Origin: Neodothiora populina
Lineage: Eukaryota
NCBI RefSeq assembly: GCF_041146345.1
Contig: NW_027191419.1
Location: 248,001-312,000 of the forward strand
Length of the DNA: 64,000 bases
Reading direction: 5' to 3'
Below the pieces are notes generated by a model, which worked only from the letters and a program-made list of their open reading frames with translations, did no database searches and was not told the DNA's origin. This document shows, in pieces, positions 22,105 through 32,406 of this stretch (positions are counted from its first letter, which is position 1; each line of letters begins with the position of its first letter). The position numbers and the translations under genes are program-made.

Positions 22105-23505
22105 TCAAACTTCAGATACTACCCCCGGCAATCTACTCATCATGACTCTGCCATCTTTGAACACAACCAAAGGACCGCCTCTTCCTTCTCCCCCTGCTCC
22201 ACCAGAAGAAGAAGAATCCAGCACCGCAACATCCACACACGGATTCCTTTCCAACACGATCAAATCCGCGCAAAACCCAACCTCGACCCTCCCAAGCCTA
22301 TGCTCCATTCTCAACAACCTGGCCGCATTGACAGTCGCGCTCTGCAGGACCTTAAGCGACGACAGCACCTGTGCACGCAACGAAAACTCGCGCGTCTGAC
22401 GCACTTGGAGCGCGCCTAGCAGGTCGGTGCCGAAGCACATCATCACGCCTGCCTCGTCTGCGAGTCGGAGGCTTTCGAGGCCCGCGCGCAGGACTGGGGT
22501 GTTTTTCGCTGCGTTGCCGGGGGGCAGGAAGCCCGCGAAGTCCGGCGAGGCCATCGTGTCGTACGTGACTAGTGTCGGGGTCAGGAAGACGTTCTTGGAT
22601 GCCATGAGGTGCGCCGTGGGCTCGTCGATGAGGTTGCCGTGCTCGATGGCGCCGACGCCGTGCCGGATCGCTTGCGTGATCGCTGCCGGCGTGTATGCGT
22701 GTGCGCTGACGTAGGTGTTTGCCGCCTGCGCGACGCTGGTCAGGGATGTGATCTCCGCGGCTGTGTACTGCGTTGCGGTCAGCGTGTCCGTGGGCGAGGC
22801 TACGCCGCCGCTGCACATGATCTTGATGAAGTCGGCGCCTTGACGCAGTTGGGAGCGCGCGGCGCGGAGACAGGCGTCTGCGCCGTCTGCAATGTTGCCT
22901 ACGTCTCCTGAGGAGGAGGAGGAGGAGGCGAAGTGGCTGCAGCTGCATCCCTCGTAGTCGGGCGTCTTGGAGGATCGTCTGTCTCCATGCCCGCCGGTTT
23001 GGCTTATGGCGTGGCAGGAAATGAACATGCGAGGCCCGGGGTGTAGGTTCTCGGACACGGCTTCTTTGAGAGCAAAACTTGCTCCACCGCAGTCTCTTAT
23101 CGTTGTGAAGCCGCGGTGGAGCATCTGCTTCAGCAGCCATGGTTGTCGAAGCAGAGCTGTAGTCGGGTCTTGTGACATGGTTGCTGCTAGTCCATTCTCT
23201 CCTGGCGGAGTGGCAACGTGGACGTGACAATCGATCAAACCGGGACAGATGTACCTGCCGCTGAGATCTATTGTGACGCTACCACTGCTGCCAGTGGGAG
23301 TGGCTTCGGAACCAGAAGGGTAGACTGCCTTGACCAAGCCATTGGAGAGATGCACGGTTGTGTTCTCTCTGGTAGATCCGTCTTGGGGATCAACGACGGT
23401 TGCGTGTGTCAGATAGTAGTCTCTCTGACCTGGTAGAATCCATGGTTTAATCATGCTCTCTATTGACAAGCTTTGTGGTAGTGCTTCAACCCGACGTTTG
23501 ACCAT
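22105..23505 (-). CDS. Metal-dependent amidohydrolase (prolidase-like/peptidase M38 group), 466 aa, intronless
   Basis: PGLIDCHVH (HxH), RGFTTIRDCGG, SQTGGHGD, GADFIKIM (bridging Lys), SAHAY, IEHGN, FGTD. Confidence 0.92.
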   Translation of the reverse strand: MVKRRVEALPQSLSIESMIKPWILPGQRDYYLTHATVVDPQDGSTRENTTVHLSNGLVKAVYPSGSEATPTGSSGSVTIDLSGRYICPGLIDCHVHVATPPGENGLAATMSQDPTTALLRQPWLLKQMLHRGFTTIRDCGGASFALKEAVSENLHPGPRMFISCHAISQTGGHGDRRSSKTPDYEGCSCSHFASSSSSSGDVGNIADGADACLRAARSQLRQGADFIKIMCSGGVASPTDTLTATQYTAAEITSLTSVAQAANTYVSAHAYTPAAITQAIRHGVGAIEHGNLIDEPTAHLMASKNVFLTPTLVTYDTMASPDFAGFLPPGNAAKNTPVLRAGLESLRLADEAGVMMCFGTDLLGALQVRQTREFSLRAQVLSSLKVLQSATVNAARLLRMEHRLGRVEVGFCADLIVLERNPCVDVAVLDSSSSGGAGGEGRGGPLVVFKDGRVMMSRLPGVVSEV

Positions 23506-24145
23506 AATGTGGTTTTATATTATATTACACTATTTGATGGGTATTGTCGACGAGTGAGATCATTGAACATGTATTACAGATTATAAGCAGGAGTGCTCGC
23601 GATGCTGCAGCAGGTTATATCGTGTTGTTGCAACAAGGTCCTGTAACCAAGGGCGGACGCCCGTTCATATTCAATAAGGTCGTGAGGTGAAGTCGAGATA
23701 GGATATGCTGATTGGCCGCGCCTTCCCGATTTGGAGGTCCGTCGGCGGACGCCCGCATGCAGCCCTATACGCCAACAACAAATATATCGTGAGAGAACCT
23801 GACCAACCCACACCATCCAAGGACCCCTATGATATGTATTCCAGAGGTGTGAGCATTCTCCTCTCTTTTATGGTCTTTCCTTCTCTTCGTCTTTCAGAGG
23901 CCGATAGGCACTTGTTCCCGCAAGAGGATTTACCTCTGCTTTATGCCAGCATTTTCAATTCGAAAATGAATATATCATGACCATGCGTTGCATTCCATGA
24001 GCGGCCTCGGTTCGGTCTTGGGTATATCCACTTGCTTGCTGACCATACTTGCGCATGGCATTGCGGTAATTATCCGGAGTACTCCATTGGGTCTTCCATC
24101 GCAGTCGTAGATGGGCCATGTGCCTCCCGGAAAGACGCACTGAAA

Positions 24146-26009
24146 TCATATATCATTACAATCCAAGTTCCAGATCTCGATGTGCTTCACATCATCGAGT
24201 GTGGCCGGCCAGACCTCCTTTCTCCATTCCAGGCGTCCGTCATCGTCAGTCCGTTGGACGGCCTTGCCAATGCGGAAGACCCTGTCGCCTATGCCAGCCC
24301 ATTTCATTCTCGAGTTGAGTGGTATCCTCCAGTAAATTGGGTCGTTGCTGGTCCAGTTCATGGTGTCTCGTAGATCTGAATCTATGGCCATGGCCTTTTC
24401 CAGCCACTCGTTGCTGAGTATGCGCAGCGCTGTAACGTTTCTCAAGAAAGGAGCGACCAGGCGCATGGCACCGGGTTCATCTTCAGAAAGTCCAAGACCA
24501 AGTTGCTCAAGCTTCGGACACGAACTGACGAGTTCGGCGATTTGAGTGCCCGACAAAGCCCACTGGTTGCTCAGTAGGAGCTTCTTCAAGGAATGTCCGT
24601 GCTTGGTGAATAACACATGCAGATACTCTGCACAAAGTGCGACGCCGGCTTGATCTGACGATCTGATGGGCGATTGGGAAATCGACGAGTACGAGCTCAC
24701 CGATGCCGGTGTCGCAGTCGAGCGAGGCGAGTCAGTCACTAGTGTGGTGCTGCTGCTGGCTCTCTTCATGTGTTGCGATGGCGTATTGACGAAATAAAGC
24801 TCTTCCAGTCCTGAGAAGGTGCCGACAATTTTGGCGTGCGATTCCGATGGTTCACTGACTCTGAAGGCCTTGAGATTCTGGAAGACCTTCCCATCAGGAA
24901 TATTCTTCCAGCTGTCGTCGACAAATATCGTAGCTGCCGCACCACCTGCTCCTCCAAAGCAGTTTATCAGAGCTGTGCTCCGCAACGTATTCGGATCTCC
25001 AATCTCTTTCAGGTCACCAGTGTTGATTCCATAGAAATTAGAGAGAGCAAAGTGCTCGAGAGGGATCTTGTATTGAGCTTCCAGACATCTACTAAAGTAT
25101 GCGCGCAAGTTGATGCTGGGCTCCGCTGCTTCGCGCATGCGGGGGCTCCATTGAAGTCGAAGGATTCTGAGCTGTTTCGAGTGTAACAACAGTAGAGATA
25201 TGTCGTCGGGATAACAGACTGGATCGATATTGGAGACGCGCAAGTTGCGCAAAGAAGGCAATGGTGGCAGCATGATGATGGGACGAGGATCCCGACATGA
25301 CGGGAACCTAATGTCCAGTGAAACCAAAGCGTTGCGGGACGCCAGACCTTGATAGATGGTTTTGAGCGGTTTCATGTCCAGTTCCCACCTGTTCACTATC
25401 AGTACCGAGTTCTCTGTGCTGGCTAAGTCAAATTACCTGAAAGACTTCAGGTTGACCATCTTGTCTATCGCAGCTCTTAGTGCAATTCCCAGCAGCATCG
25501 TGCTGTCCGGCACCCTGCCCACTGTGTACTCGTCTATATGCGCATCCTCCCAAGTACCTGAAATGTGAAAGTCATTTACCAAGGCTGCCGAATTACTTGT
25601 AGCAAGGCCATTGAGAGCCATGGTGAATGGACTGCCACTCCCAAACCCTGCCGGTTTGCCATCGATAAATTGTAACTCAGGATATGAACGGAGTGTGACT
25701 TTTGTGTATAGTTGCGGGAGAGTCATATAATACATAAGACGACATGTTCGTGTGACTCGCGCAATATCAGCGGTGTCGTCGATCTGGATGCGTGTGGTCA
25801 GCAGCCAGGGTCGTGGGACAACGAATGCGACATGGGACTCGCGACCAACTTACATAGCTGATTATGCTCGCAATAACATTTAATGGCAGTGAGAGACCCC
25901 TCGCACCTTGCATGCCCGGATGCGTCGATACGGGCGACACAGCAAGGACTTCCGGCGGGACATCTCGTCGCAGTCTATTGTACGTTTTCTCACTGAGTCT
26001 CGACACCAT
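24146..26009 (-). CDS. Conserved fungal protein with N-terminal F-box-like motif and LRR/RNI-like body
   Basis: ATG 26009; introns 25853-25784 (GTAAGT..GCTGAC..CAG) and 25436-25389 (GTAATT..ACTGAT..CAG) join three ORF-track pieces in frame. LPLNVIASIISY/IDDTADIARVTRTCRLMYYMTLPQLY is F-box-like; LxxLxL repeats follow. Confidence 0.8.
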
Positions 26010-26685
26010 GTTACTGGTGTAGGCGGCCGAAGGAACCGTCACATACTGGAAAGAAATATAGCTTGTCGCATGCGACCTGAATAAGTACTGTATATGTGTA
26101 CGGCAGGGTAGGTCTCACTTCCAGGGTCGCCAAGATTTCTGGCTTGTATTCCTCTGATCCTGAGCGCTTTGTCATAGTACTTTTGCTAACCTTTCTTAGG
26201 TGTAGTGTTAGCGAGTGTACCAAGAGGGCATGTGGTCTCGGGATGTCCAGGAGCTCCGTCCCGAAGCATATACGACATCTTCAGATACCTAACAGGACTC
26301 AATGTGTCTGCACTCGCCGAGATCGCCTGTCAATTGACCGAGAAGCACTTCGCATAATAACGGCGGAGAGAACGTTGTCCGACTTGGCTTAGTCTTTTGA
26401 TTGTTCGCTCCAGGGCTGTCTTTTATTCATGTCGGAGTCTCGGGTTTTAGACGCCAGATCCCGCCGACATGCTTCGTCATGACCGAGCCATCAGGTCAAC
26501 ACATCTAGAGCATATCTTGTCCCGGAAATTGAGATTCCGTTCGGGTACCACATGGTTGGAGTATTATAGAGATGGAGACTTGGCTATCACTTAGTTGACT
26601 CGTTAGACTGGACGTACACCGATACTAGATGTTCATTATGCAACCGGTCTCAGATCATACTTAGTGCTGAATATTAAAGTCTAGC

Positions 26686-27137
26686 TCAGCCACCGTGTAA
26701 GGTCGATACAAAGACAATGTTGTCTCTTGGTTGGAGTTCGTATTGGTCTTCGCCTTCGAGTTCCCAATCCGCATCGTTGATGAGCACCAGTATACCAGGT
26801 CGCCTGCAGTGAATGTCAGTATGCACAGCCAGATCTTAGCATACAATCGGGTTGTTTGTATAGGTCTTCCTTACACCGAGTCGTCAAGAATGAAAAGTTC
26901 TTTCTTCTCTTTTTGCATCATGTTTTCGCACAGATGCTTGATCAGGAATGCAACATTAACCGGACGTCCCTGCTCGTCGTGTGATGGAAGGGACACCTTG
27001 TGATTTCGCTGATTCGAGAAAATCATCTCCAGACCACCTCTGCGCAGGAGTGAGTAGGCTTGGCGAAGATTCTAATGTGGCATCGGTCGGTAGACCACTT
27101 ACGTGAATTCGACGTTGACGTCTATTTGCCCCGCCAT
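26686..27137 (-). CDS. URM1: Ubiquitin-related modifier 1 (sulfur carrier for tRNA U34 2-thiolation; urmylation), 105 aa
   Basis: Not in the ORF track. Exons 27137-27103, 27039-26875, 26803-26686; introns GTAAGT..CAG (63 nt) and GTAAGG..ACTGAC..CAG (71 nt). Translation [30 protein letters not shown]...[47 protein letters not shown], with the Urm1 signatures and C-terminal di-Gly. Confidence 0.97.
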
Positions 27138-27483
27138 GGCTGTGAAGTAAGGCAGAGCGAGCTTGCGATGAAGAAGACTTGCCTTGCTGTATGGCTATAA
27201 GATAGTTCCCTGGTTGTGTTCGTCTTCAGTCACGTAGTATAGTGCAGGATGCAGCAAGTGGATATTGTCATTCAGCTGCTTCCAGGATTGTTAGAAGCGA
27301 AAAGTCTCCCCAGATTTTTTGACTGCATCATCTTCTGCCCGCATCCAGAAATTTTACCACCACCCATAATAGACTATATAACTGAGAAGAGACCAGATTG
27401 CCGACCACAATACGAAGAAATCGTAATGCTGCTCTAGTAAAAGACTTCTGATATAGAAAGGGTAAACAGTGCAAGAACATTGC
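27138..27483. promoter_or_regulatory. Putative bidirectional promoter shared by URM1 and ELP2 (346 bp ATG to ATG)
   Basis: Divergent start codons at 27137 (-) and 27484 (+) leave 346 bp for both 5' UTRs and promoters. Confidence 0.7.
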
Positions 27484-30003
27484 ATGATGAACAAAACACT
27501 GGACTTCATTGCCGCGGGCGGCAACAGACATCCTTCGGCAGCAGATTGGAACTCGGATGTTCTTGCCTTTGGAACTGGCAACAACATTGCAATCTGGAAT
27601 CCACACGACCCTCAGGCACACGGCATCAATTCACTCTTATCCGGGCATACAGATATTGTGAATGTAGTGAAGCTTTATCGGGATCCCAAACTTCAGCGTC
27701 AAGTACTTCTCAGTGGCTCCGCAGACAAAACTATTCGGCTCTGGATTAGAGATACAGATACTGGTTCTTTCACCGCCACTCAGACCTTGACAGAGCATAC
27801 AGCTTCTGTGAACGCTATCGCAGTGCTACCTGATGCTGGACTTCTTATCACTGGAGCTGCTGATGCGACGTTAAAAATATGGCGTCTCGAGCCACTCACG
27901 GCAGAGGTAAACTTGCAATCCTTCCCTTCTATTTTTACAATCGTTCGGCTAATCAGTGCATAGTCTGGACCACACATTGAAGTGAAGCTAATTCAGAGTA
28001 TATCTTTGACCCCAAGATTCTTTCCTCTTGCGTTAGCAATCACGCGCCTCTCAGATGCTCAAATTGTATTCGCTGTAGCTGGCACAACCTCGTCATTACG
28101 AGTGTTCGTCCAGAAAGGCGATCTCTTCGCTCATGGCGCCATTCTTACTGGCCATGAAGGCTGGATTCGGTCTCTCGACTTTGTCCAGGAGAGCTCTGCA
28201 GAGGACAGTGACATCCTGCTAGCCTCAGCGAGCCAAGACAAGTATATCCGCTTGTGGCGATTTCACAAGGGTTCTGAGCTACCTGCAACAGCCTCTGCTG
28301 CTAATGACCCTACTCTCGGAGCTCTTGGTAAGTCTTTGTCGAACAAGGCACATTACATTGGAGAGGACAACTCGACACATTCGATCACTTTTGAAGCACT
28401 TCTTATTGGCCATGAAGACTGGATCTACACTGCGCGCTGGTGTGGTGAGGGACAAGCAAGTTCAGGTCCACGTTTGCTTACCGCGTCTGCCGACAACTCT
28501 CTGGCCATATGGGAGCAGGAGACCGAATCGGGCATATGGGCATGCACAGCAAGACTCGGAGAGATCAGTTCACAGAAAGGATCAACTACCGCCACTGGTA
28601 GCACTGGTGGGTTCTGGGTTGGACTATGGTCACCCGAGGGTAGTGCAATCGTCAGCCTAGGAAGAACCGGTAGTTGGAGAGTCTGGAGCTACCACTCAAG
28701 TGAAGACAGGTGGCTGCAGCAGATTGGAATCACTGGGCATGTCAGAGAAGTCAAGGATATTGCTTGGTCGAGGGATGGTGCATATCTCATGTCTACCGGA
28801 TCAGATCAAACGACACGTCTTTATTCGGAATGGAAGCGATCTGGAGTCACGACTTGGTATGAGATGTCCAGGCCACAGATTCACGGGTATGATCTGAATT
28901 GCTTGGACTCCATAAAATCAACACAGTTCATATCAGGAGCTGACGAGAAACTTTTGCGTGTCTTTAACAAGCCAGGAGCTGTCGCCAAACTCATGAGCAA
29001 ACTCGGCGGTACTGAAGATACTTCGGCCAGTGACCTTCCTGAAGCCGCGAATATCCCGGTCCTGGGGTTGTCGAACAAGGCTGTTGCCACTGCCACTTCG
29101 GAGGAGGAGGCTGCAGAGGAGCTTGCGACGAATGGGCAGTCTTCCAACGATCGCGACGCTGTAGATCCGGTCGCCATTACGCACAAATCCACTTTGGATT
29201 TGGATCATCCACCTTTCGAAGATCACTTAGCCAGGCATACTCTTTGGCCAGAACACGAAAAGCTGTATGGTCACGGCTACGAGATCTCTGCAGTTGCAGC
29301 ATCTCACGACGGTAGCCTTGTTGCGACAGCCTGTCGTGCCAGTTCTATCGATCATGCGGTCATCAGGCTATACGATACCAAGACATGGCATGAGGTGAAG
29401 CCGACACTCGCAGCACACAACCTGACAGTCACAAGCATCACATTCTCCCCAGACGACAACTATCTCCTGAGCACAGGCCGTGATCGCCAATGGGCTCTCT
29501 TCAAGAGAGAAGAAGCAAATTCCACCGTGTACAAATTGCGTGTATCAAACCCCAAAGGTCATTCAAGAATGATCCTCAATTGCTCATGGGCGCCACAGGC
29601 TGCAGGATCAGTCTTTGCCACTGCCGGCAGAGACAAGTCCGTCAAGATTTGGCAAGTACAGACCGAGAGCACCGTCGAATGTAAAGTCACGATACCCACT
29701 ACTGCGGCTGCGACTGCTCTCGCATTCGTTCCCGACTTGGTGTCGGGCAACATGGTGTTGGCATACGGCACAGAGGACGGCACCGTGAGCATTTCGGCAA
29801 TCAGCGGTAACGACTGGGCTGTTGTAGAAACAACAAATATCGACAAGAATGACACGCCTTCGGCCTCAGTCAACGCTCTTCGCTGGAGACCCAATGTCGA
29901 TGGCGACGACAAGCCCGGCCAGCGCCAATTCGCGATCGCGAGTGAAGATCACTCGTTGCGCCTGTTCACATTTGCTGCTCTACCTGGCCAAAACCTAGGA
30001 TAG
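27484..30003 (+). CDS. ELP2: Elongator complex subunit 2 (WD40)
   Basis: ATG 27484; intron 27907-27963 (GTAAAC..GCTAAT..TAG, phase 0). Elp2 signatures GHEGWIRSL, LASASQDKYIRLW, FEALLIGHEDWI, RPQIHGYDL, SGADEKLLRVF, LGLSNKA, TLWPEHEKLYGHGYEI. Confidence 0.96.
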
Positions 30004-30678
30004 CACCACAACATACCGTACGTCGAGAACTAAACAAGGGGCACAGAGCCTATTTCGATCTATCGCACAGTACGGTCACCATGTAGATCAGTAAAACGCG
30101 CGGTAGCAGATGGAGATATTGTAGATCCACAGTGTAACAACATGGTATACCAAAGTCGTCGGCTCCGTATGCGACCTGCCCAATAAGGAAATACTTTTCC
30201 TTGCCTGAAGAGCTTAAGCCTTTCGGCGCTCGTGCACACTGGCGAGAGGGCAATTTCTAAATAGCATGTCGTGAAGAAAAAAAAATGATAAGTCCACTCT
30301 TGAGCACCGTGGTAACCATCAATATACTACCCAGCCTTGATTGATCAGAAAAGGGAGATCCGACGCGAGAACCGTACCCACGATGCTCCCAGGGGTAGCT
30401 CAGGAACGTGCGGAAGATCCGGGCTTGACGGATCACGGACAATATACCGGTTCCACCCTTCGAGAGGGGGCCACTCTCCGACACTCGCACCACAGAGACT
30501 AAGATGGATTTTCTTTCGAAGATAGATTGGTTTTATTGGAAGTGAAACATAAGAATTTAAAAGTTAGATAATAATTCGAAGCTAACATTAATCGCTATTT
30601 ACATGGATGCAAATTCATTAGGGGGACATATACGGCTTTATACAGGTGCACTTGAGAATCGTTTTTTTGCTGTGGATC

Positions 30679-32244
30679 TTAGACCTCCATCTTGGGCGCG
30701 GCGACCTCGTGGAAGTCGGCCTCCTCGACTGCCTTTCCAGTCTTGAGGTCCATTTCTTGAGCGAAGGTCTCGGTGGGGACCCAGCCGGCAGACTTGCGGG
30801 CGGTGACTTGCTCCATCATCTTGTCGACCTGTTCGAGGGAAAGACCCTTGGTCTCGGGGACGAAGAAGTAGGACCAGACGGCGCACGTGGCGCAGAGACT
30901 TCCCCAGAGGAAGAAGACCTTGACACCGAGGTTGGCCTTGTCCTTGCCGACCAGGTATGGAGTGATGACGGCAATGACGCAGTTCCATAGCCAGTTGGAG
31001 GCAGTGCCGCATGCAACACCCTTAGATCTAATAGGAAGTTGGTAGATCTCGCCAATCACCACCCAGGCGGTAGGTCCCCAAGTAGAGGCGAAGACAGCGA
31101 TGTAGATGCAGACAAAGGCGATGAGCACACCTTGGGAAGCGTGGCTGTGATCAGCGACTCCGACGATGGCAACGATGAATTGACAGACGGTCATGGCTAC
31201 TGCACCCCAGATGAGCAGAGGGCGACGACCGAATCTCTCGATGGTCCAGAAGGAGAGAGGTGTAGAGCAGACGTTGACAATGTCAGTGATCATGGAGATG
31301 AGGAAGGAGTTGTGGATGCCAATGGATGTGAAGAATGTTGTCGAGAAGTAGAAGATGAAGTTGACACCAGTCCATTGCTGGAACATCTGGAGGAAGACAC
31401 CGATGAAGATCTTGCGAGCGTTGCTGTTGCGGTTGCCGAGGCCACCCTTGAAGCAACCGAGCCAGCTGACCTCGCCGACCTGCATCTCATACTCGAAGTT
31501 GGCCTGGATCTCGTTGATCTCATCTGTGATGTAGTCCGAGTCAATTGGTTGACCTCGGATACGAGCCAACGCATTCTTTGCCTTATCCATTTGTTGCTTC
31601 TTGATGAAGTAACGTGGAGACTCGGGAAGCATGAACAGGCCAGAGCCAAGGATGATTGCCCAGGCAAATTGGATGGAAATTGGGATGCGGTAAGCACCAC
31701 TGTTTTGGCGCTTCTCACATGCATAGGTAACACCAGCTGCGAGTAAAAGACCAATGGTGATAGCAAATTGGTAGCAAGAGATGATAGCACCTCTGACCTT
31801 GCGCGGGGCGACTTCGCTCATGTAAGTAATGTTGGTTGCAGAGACGAATCCCACACCGAAACCTGCGATGAGACGACCAACGACCAGAAGTGCGAGCTGA
31901 GATGCTGCCATCTGAAGAATAACACCGACCATGAAAACTCCACAGCCAGCGATAATGACAGTTCGACGACCTATCCAGTCGGCGAGGGAACCCGCGATCA
32001 ATGATCCGAAGAAAGTACCAGCAGAGAGGATGGAAACGGTGAGGGATTGGTTGGAGGCGGAGTACAAGTATGTACCATCCGGCTGTAACGAGCCAAAGGT
32101 CTCGAGAAACTTTTGTGTGCCCATGACTCCATTGATGTAGCCAGAGTCGTAACCGTTGAGGATACCAGCAAAGGCAGCAAAGGCGCACATCATGTACGCC
32201 TTGAGGGTCACTGGCGCCTCAATGCGCTCAGGTGTTAGGGCCAT
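30679..32244 (-). CDS. MFS sugar porter, high-affinity glucose/monosaccharide transporter type (MstA/RCO3-like), intronless
   Basis: GYDSGYINGV, DWIGRR, YMSEVAP..RG, PESPR, QQWTGVNFIFY, ERFGRRPLL, WGPTAWVVIGEI, PETKGLSLE. The start MALTPERIEAPVT at 32244 is preferred because the upstream ATG lies 5' of a TATAAA. Confidence 0.93.
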   Translation of the reverse strand: MALTPERIEAPVTLKAYMMCAFAAFAGILNGYDSGYINGVMGTQKFLETFGSLQPDGTYLYSASNQSLTVSILSAGTFFGSLIAGSLADWIGRRTVIIAGCGVFMVGVILQMAASQLALLVVGRLIAGFGVGFVSATNITYMSEVAPRKVRGAIISCYQFAITIGLLLAAGVTYACEKRQNSGAYRIPISIQFAWAIILGSGLFMLPESPRYFIKKQQMDKAKNALARIRGQPIDSDYITDEINEIQANFEYEMQVGEVSWLGCFKGGLGNRNSNARKIFIGVFLQMFQQWTGVNFIFYFSTTFFTSIGIHNSFLISMITDIVNVCSTPLSFWTIERFGRRPLLIWGAVAMTVCQFIVAIVGVADHSHASQGVLIAFVCIYIAVFASTWGPTAWVVIGEIYQLPIRSKGVACGTASNWLWNCVIAVITPYLVGKDKANLGVKVFFLWGSLCATCAVWSYFFVPETKGLSLEQVDKMMEQVTARKSAGWVPTETFAQEMDLKTGKAVEEADFHEVAAPKMEV

Positions 32245-32400
32245 CTTTGTGAAAGCAGATGAGTGATATAGTGTATGGGAGTGTAGAGATGTAGAGTGTC
32301 TTAGAGTAGATTGTGAGATTGAAGAAGTAAGTGGAGCTTTTGATGTAAGAACTGTTGGATGATGGGGAAATAGAAAGAATGGAGTGCTGGGGAAAGCCTC

Positions 32401-32406
32401 TTTATA
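32401..32406 (-). promoter_or_regulatory. TATA box candidate for the sugar transporter
   Basis: TATAAA on the minus strand about 160 bp upstream of the ATG, followed by a pyrimidine-rich leader. Confidence 0.5.
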
